Positions 25,558 to 38,077 of a stretch of DNA of 64,000 nucleotides are shown here, one piece after another. A model generated the notes under the pieces. That model did not search any database, was not told the DNA's origin, and saw only the letters and a list, made by a program, of their open reading frames with translations. This stretch comes from Mobula hypostoma (Eukaryota): positions 7,564,001 through 7,628,000 of the forward strand of contig NC_086108.1 in assembly GCF_963921235.1 (NCBI RefSeq), in the 5' to 3' direction. Within the stretch, counting starts at the first letter, position 1. Every line of letters begins with the position of its first letter. Made by a program: the position numbers and the translations under genes.

Positions 25558-25992
25558 AGAATCGTGGGGGCTGGTTGGCTTATTTGCCAGTTGAAAGCCA
25601 CTTCTGCCGTATCAGTTGTTGATTTGCTCGTTTAAAAGTAGGGGCTGCTTTTTCCCCGCTGGATGGCCTGTACGCCACAACACCAATTTCCAGTTTCAAG
25701 CACCTCAGAGGTACAAGAACAGCACATGCAGGAGGCTTGCTCTCCTTCCTCTGTCCCCAGGCACCCTTCACAGAACCATTGGGAAGGTATGCTCCACAAC
25801 ACAGAAGGCCCACACGCAGTTTTAGCTTAGTATCTATTTGTTCAATATTTAGTTTTGTGGTTTATGTAACTCAAGGGAAACTTAGATGTTTGGTCAAATC
25901 TTTTATTGTTTGTGAATAAATAATTAATATGCTTATTTGTAGTCGGTGTTTTTTGTCGCACTCACTAAACCCGTGAACCTGCTTCCATGTTA

Positions 25993-26295
25993 CACCCACC
26001 GGCCTCACCTATCACCCTCCAGCTATCCTCCTTATCCTCTCCCCCACCTTTATATTCCGACATCTCCCCCTTTCCTTCTCAGCTCTGAAGAAGGGTTTTA
26101 GCCCAAAACATCGACTGTTTATTCTTTTCCATAGATGCTGCCTGACCTGCTGAGTTCCTCCAGTGTTTTGTGTGTGTTGCTCTGGATTTCCAGCATCTGC
26201 AGTTTCTTTTTGTGTTTGTGATTTGCTGCTGCACTGCAAAGAGTGATGCCTACCCCAAAACTTGCTGAGTTCCTCCAGCATTTTGTGTGTTGCTT
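25993..26295 (+). mobile_element. Penelope terminal repeat with hammerhead motif 26080-26117
   Basis: cagctCTGAAGAagggttttagcccAAAACATCgactg followed by the conserved 'tagatgctgcctgacctgctgagttcctcc'. Confidence 0.8.
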
Positions 26296-26484
26296 CTCTC
26301 TTCATTTTGAATGTGATCTGCTGAATATTTTAGACTCGCTGCAATGTACAGAGGGCTACTGAGGGTCTAGGGTTAATGTATAGTGAAATACTGCCTCTAT
26401 ATCACTATGCTATTATCTCAGTGGTCCCTGCCACCACTAAGGTCTCGTCGCTAGGACAGCAAGCTGTTCACTGTACTTTTACTA

Positions 26485-26750
26485 TTTTATTGAGATACAC
26501 CGCGGAATCAGCCTTTTCAGCCTTTGAGCTGTGCTGACCAGCAATCCCCCAATCTTAATCCTAGCCTAATCATGGGACTATTTAGTATGACAAATTAACC
26601 TACCAACTGGTACCTCTTTGGACTGTGGAAGGAAACCCGAGCACCTGGAGGAAATGCACACAGTCACGGGGAGAAGGTACAAAGTCCTTACAGGCAGCGG
26701 TGGGAACTGAACCCAGTCGCTGGTTGTGCTAACCACCTCGCTACCGTACT
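26485..26750 (-). mobile_element. V-SINE
   Basis: Antisense V-domain 'tctttggactgtggaaggaaacccgagcacctggaggaaa' plus tRNA-like head. Confidence 0.75.
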
Positions 26751-26999
26751 GCACTGATTACTGTTTACCTGTGCTGTGCACTTCACATGCATTTTGAATT
26801 GTATTTTATTAATTTAGTTGTGGTAATATCTTGTGTGTAATCCAGAGAAACATTGTTTTATTTGGCTGTATATACGTGCAGTCTGATGCCAACAAACTTG
26901 AACTTGAAGCCCTCTTTTCCAGGGGAAGGAACCTTGGCACTTTATTTTTTAGTTAAACACATCCCTCCAGCTCTCACACCAAATCGGTACATCTTTTTT

Positions 27000-27642
27000 G
27001 CACCCTCAGAAAAGGCAAGACGAGAGAACACACACGCTGGCCTTAGAGGGGATCAGAAGTGGAGAGAGTGAGCAATTTCAAGCTCCTGGGTGTCAATATC
27101 TCAGGATCTATCCTGGACCCAACATATCGATGCAGCGACAAAGAAGGCTATATTTCATTAGGAGTTAGAGGCGATTTAGTACGTCACCAAAAACAATTGC
27201 AAATTGTTTTTGCAACTGTACCATGGAGAGCATTCTATCTGGTTACACCACCATCTGGTATTGTTGGCGGGGGGGGGGGGCTCTACTGCACAGGATCAAA
27301 ATAAGCTGCAGAGAGTTGGAAACTTAGGCAGCTCCATCATGGACACTTGTCTCCATGGTATCCAAGGCATCTTCAAGGAGTGAGGCCTCAAAAAGGCAGC
27401 ATCCATCATTAAGGAGCTCCACCATCCAGGACATGCCCTGTTCTCACTGGAACCATCAGAAAGGAGATACTGAAGCCTGAAGGCACACACTCAGCGTTTC
27501 AGGAACAACTTCTTCCCCTCTGGCATCCGATTTCCGAAAGGCCATTGAACCCATGAACACTACCTCACTACTTCTTTCATTTCCATTTTTTATATATAGT
27601 AAGTTAACAAATTTCACGACATATGCCGGTGATATTAAACCT
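27000..27642 (+). mobile_element. Rex1/Babar LINE fragment
   Basis: VERVSNFKLLGVNIS...KKAASIIKELHHPGHALFS. Confidence 0.8.
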
Positions 27643-27732
27643 CAGTGGTTCAATGGTCCCATTTAATATTGGAGAATGTATATAATATACAAATTGAAAT
27701 TCTTATTCTCGGCAGACTTCCTCGAAACAGAA

Positions 27733-27871
27733 TGTTTTTGTGTTATTTATTTAATTAGGTTCTCTTTATCTAGTTTTAGGACTTATGTGAAGATTTGATC
27801 ACATTTTAGGTCATATTTATGCAGAAATAGAGAAAATTCTACGGGGTTCACAACTTCTTAGCACCACTGTA
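27733..27871. mobile_element. Tc1-like terminal fragment
   Basis: Matches 19690-19814 and ends cttagcaccactgta. Confidence 0.7.
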
Positions 27872-28164
27872 TGTTTTTTTTAGGGATGTTAGACAAACAA
27901 ATGAGGGAGAATGCAATAGAAAAAGCTGGGAATGGTATGTATCCAGACACCCTGGGCAGCAGAGGAAAGACAGCTGAGCTGAGACAGGTTGGCAGCAGTG
28001 TGCGGGATTAACAAAATAACTTGTTAGAACATATTTGACTAATAGAATCAAAAAAGATTTGGTAAGATTTGATGGTGGGTGTCTGAGATGTTCGTAACAC
28101 CGCCATTAGATATATCAAGTTCTGACTCCTAAATCTTTAGATATTAGCTTTATATGTAACCATA

Positions 28165-28495
28165 TAAAATGCTGGAGGAACTCAGCAGGTCAGACAGCAT
28201 CTATAGAAAGGAATAAACAGTCGACGTTTCAGGTCAAGATCCTTCATCAGGACTCGTATGAGGTTTGTGACATCTTCCCTCTTCCTTTCCAGTCCTGGAA
28301 AAATGTCTCAACCCATAGATGCTGTCTGTCTTGCTCAGTTCCTCCAGCATTTTGTGTGTGTTGTTCTAGATTTCCAGCATCTGTAGAATCTCTTATGTTT
28401 ATTCTTCTCCATTGATGCTGTTTGACCTGCTGAGCTCCTCCAGCATTTTGTGTGTGTTGCTTTGGATTTCCGGCATCTGTAGAATTTCTTGTGTT
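28165..28495. mobile_element. Cluster of Penelope terminal repeats (one on -, two tandem on +)
   Basis: Minus copy 28165-28255; plus copies 28275-28395 and 28396-28492. Confidence 0.8.
28218..28255 (-). ncRNA. Minimal hammerhead ribozyme motif, core intact
   Basis: Reverse complement gagtc CTGATGA A ggatcttgacct GAAAC GTC gactg; stem I agtc/gact; stem II weakened. Confidence 0.65.
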
Positions 28496-28949
28496 TATCA
28501 TACGAGCTTTGTTTGTCACATGTATCAAAAACATATAGTTAAATGCATTATTTGCATCAACAACCAACACAGTCCGAAGCAGTTTGCAAGGGTCGCTGTG
28601 CTTCCGGTGCCAACATTGCATGCCTACAACTTATGAACCCTAACTGCACATCTTTGGACTGTGGGACTGCAGGCAGATGGTCACAGGGAGAATGTACAGA
28701 CTCCTTACAGGCAGCAGTGGGAATTGAACACTGATCACTGGTGCTGTAAAGCAGAACGCTAACCGCTGTGCTACTGTGGTGGCTGCAAAACTCTTATAAA
28801 TAAAGGAAGCAGTCTGAGGTGATGATTGAAATTCTTACAAGGTAAACACATTGCACACATGAAAGCTTTTTGGCTTAAATGAAATTTTCCTATTGCGTGT
28901 TTGGGGTGACGTAGAAACCAAAAAGAGAAAAACCACAGCTAACTTCATC

Positions 28950-29312
28950 AGTGGGTGGCAGGGCGGAGAAACGTCTTCACCCAAGGAGGTGTAAGGTGCT
29001 CCTTCCCTCTGCTAGCCTGCAGGTCAGGTGTAGCACCTGCTTAGCCACCCCCCCGTCCCAACCTCCCGATCAGGGTCACATGAAGCCACGTGAAGGTGGT
29101 GGATGCTCATATGAGCAGCTGATGGATATCACAAGTCCTGGTTATGTGATCACTGACACCAGACAGATAATCTCTAAACAGTATTGATAACAGCTGGGGT
29201 CACCTGCCTTGTAAAGACACTGCCCAGAAGAAGGCAATGGCAAACCACTTCTGTAGAAAAATTTGCAAAGAACAACCATGGTCAAACGACAATGATGATG
29301 AACTACATCAGA
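28950..29312 (+). mobile_element. RTE-related non-autonomous element (family of 8250, 35210, 57043, 60150)
   Basis: Head 'ggaggtgtaaggtgctccttccctctgctagcctgcagg' and tail 'gaaggcaatggcaaaccacttctgtag'. Confidence 0.75.
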
Positions 29313-29458
29313 TACCCAAGTACATCTCAGCACTTTGACCAGTGTACTTGGCAAACGGCCTCCTTAGCCACCCACCACTGGTTGAGTCTGACCACGGATG
29401 TTGCGTCCCAGCTATCTATGCTGTTGGTACAGCTCTGTCTGTGCTGATAAGACCAATG

Positions 29459-29552
29459 CAAGAGTGGCAGTTAAAACAAAGACAGCAGTGTACACCGCTT
29501 GTGTCACCAGCACACTGCTGTACAGATGCAAGACCTGGACAACAACGCAAAG
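29459..29552 (+). mobile_element. Short RTE ORF fragment
   Basis: VKTKTAVYTACVTSTLLYRCKTWTT. Confidence 0.7.
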
Positions 29553-29559
29553 GTCATAT

Positions 29560-30398
29560 TTAGAAGTGACCTCAGCTCTGCTGGAGATGCGGCGTTCCTT
29601 TGAATGGGCCCATTTGCCTTCTGCTGCTTTCGGGAGTTTTTCTTCACCAGATGTTGTTTTAGGGTGCTTCTCGGCCGGTTGCAGGCTCCTTCCAAGACTC
29701 AGCGTTGACGTCCAGCACCTTCATGTCCCGCTTTCAGATATCCTTGCCGTGCAATCGCAGGCGGCCAGCGGTTCTCTTGCCTGAAGCTGGCTTACTGTGT
29801 AGGGGATGGCCTCTGGGATGCAGGCATCCTGCATGCAGACGACGCGGCCCAGCTAGCGTAGCCTATGGTGGCTGAGCAGGGTGTACACACGTGGGAGGCC
29901 GGCATGAAAGAGAACCTCAGCAGCAGGTACTCTATCTCTCCAAGATGTGATGAAGGCTCCTTAAGTGGAACATGCTGAGCCTTCTCTCCTCCTTAGCGTA
30001 TGTTGTCCAGGTCTCGCTGCTGTATAGCAGTGTGACGCAAGCATTAAACACTGTCATCTTTGTTTTGACTGAGAGTTTGGAGTTCTCTCAGACTGATGCA
30101 GTGAGGCAGGAAAGAGCTGTTGCAGCTTTCTGGATGTGTTGCTGATGTCTGAGTCCAAGGAGAGGTTGTCACTGATGATGAACCCCAGGTATATGAACTG
30201 ATGAACAACATCTAGTTTGTAGTTATCAATGGCAAATGACAGGTGGTGCCTTCACGTTCTGCTCAAGACATTTGTCTTTCTCAGGCTAACAGTCAGACCA
30301 AATTCCTTGCATGTGTGGGAGAAGCGATGCATCAAGCTCTGGAGCTGCTGCGGAGTGTGGCTTGCAACTGCTGCATCACCAGCCTATAGCACGTCTTT
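29560..30398 (-). mobile_element. RTE (BovB-like) LINE ORF C-terminal fragment
   Basis: Minus strand: KAATALSCLT...NSKLSVKTKMTVFNACVTLLYSSETWTTYAK; RT motif region 'gcatcaccagc' near 30375. Confidence 0.85.
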
Positions 30399-30756
30399 TC
30401 TGCCGCTGCCTATAAGGAGTTTGTATGTTTTTCCTGTGACGTGGGTTTCCTCCCACAGTCCAAAGATGTACTGGTTGGTAGGTTGATTGGTCATTGTAAA
30501 TTGTCCCATAGTGATGTTGGGATTAAATCGGGGGATTGCTGGGCGGTGCGGCTCCGCTCCGCTCGAGGGGCCAAAAGGGTCTGCATCTCAATAAACAAAT
30601 AAATCATAGCTTTTTGCACTTTGGTTTTGCATTGTAGGCAGACGAGGTTAAAAAGTCTGTCATCTGATCTAGTAGGTGGGGTCCTCCTCTACTTACCAAA
30701 AGCAGAATATATGACCCTACTCTGGAATATGACTCACTGAAACAAAGTCATGGAAA

Positions 30757-31730
30757 GTCATGGATTCTTGATTACCTGACTGGCAGACCACAGTATGTGT
30801 GCTTGCAACACTGTGTGTCCAACAGAGTGATCAGCAGCACTGGGGCTCTACAGGGGACTGTCTTGTCTCCCTTTCTCTTCACCACTTACACCTCGGACTT
30901 CAACTACTGCACAGAGTATTGTCATCTTCAGAAGTTTTCGGATGACTCTGCCATAGTTGGATGCATCAGCAAGGGAGATGAGGCTGAGTACAGGGCTATG
31001 GTAGGAAACTTTGTCACATGGTGTGAGCAGAATTATCTGCAGCTTAATGTGAAAAAGACTAAGGAGCTGGTGGTGGACCTGAGGAGGGCTAAGGCACCGG
31101 TGACCCCTGTTTCCATCCAGGGGGTCAATGTGGACATGGTGGAGGATTACAAATACCTGGGGATATGAATCGACAATAAACTGGACTGGTCAAAGAACAC
31201 TGAGGCTGTCTACAAGAAGGGTCAGAGCCCTCTCTATTTCCTGAGGAGACTGAGGTCCTTTAACATCTGTCAGACGATGCTGAGGATGTTCTACGAGGCT
31301 GTGGTGGCCAGTGCTATCATGTTTGCTGTTGTGTGCTGGGGCAGCAGGCTGAGGGTAGTAGACACCAACAGAATCAACAAACTCATTCGTAAGGCCAGTG
31401 ATATTGTGGGGATGGAACTGGACTCTCTGACGGTGGTGTCTGAAAAGAGGATGCTGTCCAAGTTGCATGCCATCTTGGACAATGTCTCCCATCCACTACA
31501 TAATGTACTGGTTGGGCACAGGAGTACATTCAGCCAGAGACTCATTCCACCGAGATGCAACACTGAGCGTCATAGGAAGTCATTCCTGCCTGTGGCCATC
31601 AAACTTTACAACTCCTCCCTTGGAGGGTCAGACACCCTGAGCCAATAGGCTGGTCCTGGACTTATTTCCTGGCATAATTTACATATTATTTTTCCCTCGG
31701 GATCAATAAAGTATGACTATGACTATGACT
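30757..31730 (+). mobile_element. Young 5'-truncated Rex1/Babar LINE; RT/C-terminal frame broken by a single TGA; (TATGAC)n tail
   Basis: ORFs 30797-31168 and 31277-31648 are in the same frame and linked by *IDNKLDWSKNTEAVYKKGQSPLYFLRRLRSF; GALQGTVLSPFLF and KFSDDSAI motifs; 3' 'ccctcgggatcaataaagtatgactatgactatgact'. Confidence 0.93.
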
Positions 31731-32044
31731 TAAACAGACAAGGAGAAGACATGTTCTAAGTCTTCGGGCTTTACTGAACACACTGAATTCAATTGGGCTA
31801 CCAGCTGTACCAAGCATGCTTAGTTCCACCAAATTAAAAGGGCCAGAAATTAAGAGTTTGAAGCATTAAACCTGTGATTGTGTATGAGGTGTCTGTCATG
31901 TTCACTCCTGCCCATCTGATCTAACAAGAGTCAATGTCTCCTGATTATTCAGAAAATGATTCTTAGAGACAGGACTTACAAGCATAGTCTGATTGGGAAT
32001 AGTTAACATGGCTTTGTAAGGGGCAGGTTGTGCCTCGCTGAATT

Positions 32045-32525
32045 CAGAGTCAGAATCAGAATCAGGATTAATATCATGGGCATACGTCGTGAAATTTGTT
32101 AACTTTGTGAGAGCCGCACAATGCAATACATAATAATAGAGAAATATTGAATTACAGTAAATACATAACATAGTTAAATTAAATAAATAGTGCAAAACAT
32201 ATAGAAATAAAAAAGTAGTGAGGTAGTGTTCATGGGTAAAATGCCCATTCAGAAATCGACATTTCTGGCAGAGGGGAAGAAGCTGTTCCTGAAACACTTG
32301 GTGTGTGCCTTCAGGCTTCTGTACCTTCTCCCTAATGGCAGTAAGGGGAAGCGGGGCAAGACGGGGTCTTTAATGATGGATGCAGCCTTTCTGAGGCACC
32401 GCCTCTTGAAGGTGTCCTACAAGAAGGACACTACAAAGGCTAGTGTCATGATGGAGGTGACTCAGTTTACAACTCGTTGCAACTTACATCGATCCTGTGC
32501 AGTAGCCACCCACCCCCCAACCATA
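32045..32525 (-). mobile_element. Rex1/Babar 3' fragment inserted in a CR1 RT fragment
   Basis: (GAATCA)n tail; CR1 'ggcaggttgtgcctcgctgaatt' resumes as 'ttccttgaagaagtgacgaaacatattgatgaaggtagagcagtggatgtgg' at about 32530. Confidence 0.8.
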
Positions 32526-33094
32526 CCAATTCCTTGAAGAAGTGACGAAACATATTGATGAAGGTAGAGCAGTGGATGTGGTGTACATGGATTTTAGTTA
32601 GATGTCCAACAAGGTTCCCCATGGTAGGCTCGTTCAGAAAGTTAGAAGGCATGGGATCTAAGGAAACTTGGCTCCATGGATTCAAAACTGGCTTGCCAAT
32701 TTTAGGCAGAGGGTGGTTGTGAACAAAAGACCAAAGAGTTCGTCTGTCTCTTTGTGTCTTGCTATGCTTGTCGATTGAACCCCTATTTATTGTGGCACCT
32801 TTCCCTCAGTTCTTGAGGCTTCACCTACACTGAAGAATTTATGAATCAGAATTCAAAGTTCCCCTGACAACAGCAGCAATCATGTGGAAATGGCAAATCG
32901 TGAGCTCTGAAGTCCTGGTGGAAAACTTTGTAACTTACTATGTCGTATTTAGTGTGGTTTATTTGTGCTCTCTATTTTTGTGATAATAAATTAGGCTTAA
33001 GTTACTTTGTTGTGCTTGTATGCTTCTTACCACATCTCCTGGATACTCAAATTGTTTGAGTCTTTTGGGTCTGATCCAAGTTCTTAACTCCTTG

Positions 33095-33600
33095 AAAGTG
33101 GCTACACAGGTTGATAGGGTGGTTAAGAAACCTTAGGGAATACTTGCTTTTATTAGTCAAGGCACTGAGTTCAAAAGTCAAACGGTTATGTTGCAACCTA
33201 ACAAAAGTCTGGTTAGGCCACATCTGGAGTATTGGATACGTTCTGGTCGCGCGCGCACCCCCCCCCCCCGCCCCCATAGGAAGGATGTTTGAGACTTTGG
33301 AAAGAGGTTCACCAGGATGCTGCCTGGTTTAGAGGGCATGTGCTATCATGAGAGGCTGGATAAACTTGAGGGTTGGAGGCTGAGGGGAAATCTGATAGAA
33401 ATTTATGAAGATTATGAGAGGCACAGATAGAGTTAACGGAGAACATCTGTTTCCCAGGTTGAAATATCTAACTAGAGGGCATGCATTGAAGGCAAGAGGG
33501 GTAGGTTTAAGAGGGGTAAATTTTTTTAGCTCAGAGTGGTGGATGCCTGGAATGCACTGCATGGTATGGTGGTAGAGGCAAATACATTTGAAGCTTTTAG
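33095..33600 (+). mobile_element. CR1 LINE C-terminal fragment
   Basis: Decayed VRPHLEY...RFTRMLPGLEG frame. Confidence 0.75.
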
Positions 33601-34218
33601 ACCATAAGACACAGGAGCAGAATTAGGCCATCTGGCCATCGAGTCTGCTCCACCATTCAATCATGGCTGATCCGTTTTCTTCTATCCCCTCCTCAACCCC
33701 AGTTCCTGGCCTTCTCCCTGTAACCTTTGATGCCATGTCAAATCAAGAACCTATCAATCTCTGCCTTAAAAACACCCAACAACCTGGGTTCCACAGCTGC
33801 ATGTGGCAACAAATTCCACAAATTCACCATCCTTTGGCTAAAGACATTTTTTTGTATCTCCATTTTGAAAGGGCGCCCCGCTAATCCTGAGGCGATGCCC
33901 TCTTGTCCTAGACTCTCCCACCACGGGAAACATCCTTTCCACATCTACTCTGTCTAGGCCTTTCAACATTCGAAAGGTTTCAATAAGATCCCCCCCTCAT
34001 CCTTCTGAATTCCAGCAAAGTACAGACCCACAGCCATCAAACGTTCCTCATATGATAACCCTTTTATTCCTGGAATCATCCCTGTGAACCTCCTCTGGAC
34101 CCTCTCCAATGCCAGCACATCTTTTCTAAGATGAGGGGCCCAAAACTGTCACAATTCTCAAGGTGAGGCCTCACCAGGTGCCTTATAAATCCTCAGCATC
34201 ATATCCCTGCTCTTGTAC
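33601..34218 (-). mobile_element. CR1 LINE 3' fragment (well preserved)
   Basis: FSQRMVNLWNLLPHAAVE...FKAEIDRFLI. Confidence 0.85.
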
Positions 34219-34479
34219 TGAGAAGCAAACTTGCTGATAAGTGTTGAGAGAAGTGTTAAATAAGCACATTCACAAGGTGAGAGCCTCATGATGATGGCTT
34301 TTAATTTGTTGTAAAATACACTGCAAAACTGAGGAATCACCTCCATGGAATTCAGTTTTAAAAAAATGTTTATCATAAGCATAACGATGAATTTATTTGT
34401 TGTCAGGAGCATTTATGGGTATATTTTAGGGGAGGATGCTTATACAATTGCTAGGAAATGTGGTTAGGACATTACACAT

Positions 34480-34620
34480 TCCCCACGCCTTGCATCAGCT
34501 ATGATTCAGAAGTCTGTGGGTTCAAGTCCCACTTCAGAGACCTGAGAGCAGGAACTGAATCTAATGCTCCAGAGAGGGACTCAGGTAGAACTCAAAAGCC
34601 AAAAGATGAAACATTAAATA
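34480..34620 (+). mobile_element. Old SacSINE1-like (Deu-SINE) fragment
   Basis: 'tcagaagtctgtgggttcaagtcccacttcagagacctgag...gatgaaacattaaa'. Confidence 0.5.
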
Positions 34621-35204
34621 TAGAACAGAGAACAGTACAGCACATGAACAGGTTGCTCAGCCCACCATTTCTGTACTGAGCAAGATACCAAATTAAATAT
34701 ACTAGTAATCTCTTCAGGCTGCATAGGATCTACACCACTCCCCCCATTCTCTGCATATTCAATGGTTCAATGTTTCCTTTTAATATCAGAGAATGTATTG
34801 AGTATACAACCTGAAATTCTTACCCTCTGCAGACATCCACAAAACAGAAAAAAAACCCAAAGAATGAATGACAGAAGCAACGTAAGAACTGGAAAGCCCC
34901 CTGCTCCTGCCTCTCCCACCCATGAGCAGCAGCACATACACATCTCAAAGCCTCTTAAACAACACTATCATATCCACTTCTACCCTGGCATCTACAACTC
35001 TGCCTGAAATGTTGACTGTTTATCCATTTCCATTAATGCTGCCTGATCTGCTGAGTTCCTCCTGCATTCTGTGTGTGTTGCTCTGGATTTTCAGCATCTG
35101 CAGACATTCTTGAGTTTGTGTAAAAAAATGCCCCCCACATCTCCTTTGAACTTTTCCCATCTCACCTTAAATGCATGCCCTCTAGAATCTGACATTCTTA
35201 CACA

Positions 35205-35515
35205 CTGGGTGGTGGGATGGAGGTACGTCTGTATGAAAGGACGTGCAGCACCTGTTTAGCATACCCGCTCCCCCTGAGCAGTGTGACATGAAGCCATGGG
35301 AGCAGCTGGGGGCATATCACAAGTCATGTTACCACTGACACCAGGCAATCTCTGAAGAGTACTGGTAATGGCTGGCATCACCCATCTTGTAAAGACACTG
35401 CCCAGAAAAAGGCAATAATACATTACTTCTGGAGAAAAATTTGCCAAGAGCAATCATTTCATGATAAGACCATGATTGCCTATGTCATACAACACGGCAC
35501 ATAACGAACGAACAA
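35205..35515 (+). mobile_element. RTE-related non-autonomous element, internally deleted, (CGAA)n tail
   Basis: Matches the 57043-57412 family; ends 'cacggcacataacgaacgaac'. Confidence 0.75.
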
Positions 35516-35949
35516 TCTACATTTCATCCAAGTCATATACATCAGAATCAACAGAGATCTTAGCACTCGCTCCTGTGGAATACTACTGGTTACAGACCAC
35601 CAGACAGAATAATACCCTTCCACTATCTCTCTGCTTTCTATTAAACCAAGGCCAAGAGATGGACATAGAAGATCCAAAGAAACCCTTTTTGAAGGAAGAG
35701 TATATTCCTGAAGTGACGGTGGAATAATTGGTGGGGTTCAGTAAATCTGTACAGAACCCCACCGAATATCTATGTAAAATGTTTGTACACTCCCCCTGTG
35801 ACTACGTGGGCTTCCTCAAGGTGCTCCAGTTTCTTGCCACTTTCTAAACAAGTACAGGCTAGGGTTAATGAGTCGGGGCATGTTATGCTGGCGCCACAAG
35901 CACGACACTTGGGGGCTGCCTCCAGCACATTCACGAATTGTGTTGGTTG

Positions 35950-36500
35950 TTGACACAAAAGAAAGCGAGACAACGGCTTTATTTCATTAGGAGTTTGAGG
36001 AGAGTTGGTATGTCACCTAAAACACTCTTAAATTTCTACAGATGTACCGTGGAGAGCATTCTAACTGGCTGCATTATCATCTGGTATGGGAGAGCTACTG
36101 CACTGGATCAAAATAAGACGCAGAGAGTTGTAAAACTAGTCACCTCCATCATCCGCACTAGTCTCCCCAGCATCCAGGACATCTTCAAGGAGCAATGCCT
36201 CAAAAAAAACCCCAGTATTCATCATTAAGGACCCCCATCACCCGGGTCATGCCATTTTTCTCAGGGAGCAGGTAGAGAAGCCTGAAGGCATACACACGAT
36301 TCAGGAAAAGCTTCTTCCCCTCTGTCAATGGATTTCTGAATGGACATTGAACTCATTCATAAATATTACCTCACTACTTTTTAAATTTCTACTTTGCACT
36401 ATTTATTTACTTTAACTATTTAATATATATATATAAATAAAATGTAATTCATGTTTTTTTTCATTATTATGTATTGCACTCTAATGCCGTTGTCAAATTA
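35950..36500 (+). mobile_element. Rex1/Babar LINE fragment
   Basis: KKARQRLYFIRSLRRVGMSPKTLLNFYRCTVESILTGCIIIWYG. Confidence 0.88.
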
Positions 36501-36734
36501 AAGATATCTTTGAATATTAAGCATATAGCTAATCTGGTTAATATTATTATCTGTGAGCTTGCTACATGCAGATTGGCTACCTGGTTTCCTATAATACAAC
36601 CATAGCTGCACATCTGATCTAAGCTGCTACTGAACTGCTAGTAATTGCTACACAATATCTCCCTATCACATAGGAGATCATTTTGGCACATCGAATTTTT
36701 ATGTGAACTGTTCTTTCCACATTCCCATCAACTG

Positions 36735-37326
36735 TAAAACTTCGACAAACCTCTATAGATGTGTAGTGGAGAGTGTACTGACTGGCTGCATCACAGCCTG
36801 GTGTGGACACACCAATGCCCTTGAATAGAAAATCCTCCAAAAGGTAGTGGATTCGGCCCAGTACATCACGGATAAAGTCCTCCCAACCATTGAGCACATC
36901 TACATGAAACACTGCCGCAGGAAAGCAGCATCCATCCACCACCCAGAAGACTGTCTCTTCTCACTGCTGCCATCAGGTAGAAGGTACAAGAGCATCAGCC
37001 CCAGGTTCAGCAACAGTTACTACCCCTCAATCGTTAGGCTCTTGAACAAAGGGGATAACTACACTCACTTGCCCCATCCATTGAGATGTTCCCACATCCA
37101 ATGATCTCACTTTAAGGACTCTTTATCTCATTATCTCATGTTTTCATTATTTATTGCTATTTATTTATAATTGCTTTTGCAGTTTGTTGCCTTCTGCACT
37201 AGTTGATTTTTCATTGATCCTGTAGTAGTATTCTATAGATTTGCTGAGTATGTCCGCCAGAAACTGAATCTCAGGGTTGTATATCGTGACATACATGTAC
37301 TTTGATAATAAATTTACTTTGAACTC
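36735..37326 (+). mobile_element. Rex1/Babar LINE fragment
   Basis: DSAQYIT..LPTIEHIYMKHCRRKAASI...LLPSGRRYKS. Confidence 0.85.
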
Positions 37327-37671
37327 CCCCAGACTCATCCACACTTGGGGCAATCTACGTTGGCCAATTAACCTCACAATTCATACACATCTTTGAGATG
37401 TGTGGGCAAAGGAGGAGCCTCAGAAAAACCCACAATGGTCAGTGGAGCTATGAGACAACAGCTCTATTAGCTACACCTCTCAGTGCTCTCAGAGAAGCAC
37501 ACACTAAATCCTGAAGAAACTCTGGTGTGAGGCAAATGGAGGGAATAATGTTTAATCAGGTGATCCAAAATTTCAACTATTTCCCTCCATAGATGCTGCC
37601 TGACCCGCTGAGCTCCTCCAGCATTTTGTGTGTGTTGCTCTGCAGAATCTTTTGTGACTGTGCCTAGGAAT

Positions 37672-37895
37672 GTCAGTTAGTGCACATGCCTGGCATTAGA
37701 CTTCTGAAGGAGACACGGTTTCCAGCTCTGTTGTGGGAGAAGATGTCTAGGCAGAGAAAAAGATCCAAGGATATACTTAAAGCTTCCTTGAAGAAATGCA
37801 ACATCTTCACAGAATTCCTGGGGATACCTGGGCAACAATGCTCAATGTGGAGAAGGAGAAAATGGGAAGGAACAAAGAACCTCAAGGCCATGGAC
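37672..37895 (+). mobile_element. RTE LINE C-terminal relic
   Basis: HMPGIRLLK...RQRKRSKDILKASLKKCNI...WRR. Confidence 0.7.
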
Positions 37896-38077
37896 AAGAA
37901 TGCACCAGCTTGTGTGATGCGGTAGTGTAGTGGTTAGCACAACACTTTACAGTGCTGGCGACCCAGGTTCAAATCCCTCTGCCATGTGGGAGGGAAGGGT
38001 AGGTTAAAAGGTTGGCACAACGTCGTAGGTCTAGGTGTCTATACTGTGCTGTACTGTTACTGCGCCACCCATATGTA

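Noticed and set aside
37918..37980. tRNA-like sequence (ggtagtgtagtggttagcac...ggttcaaatccc)
   Set aside because: SINE head; no proper acceptor or anticodon stems, so not a tRNA gene
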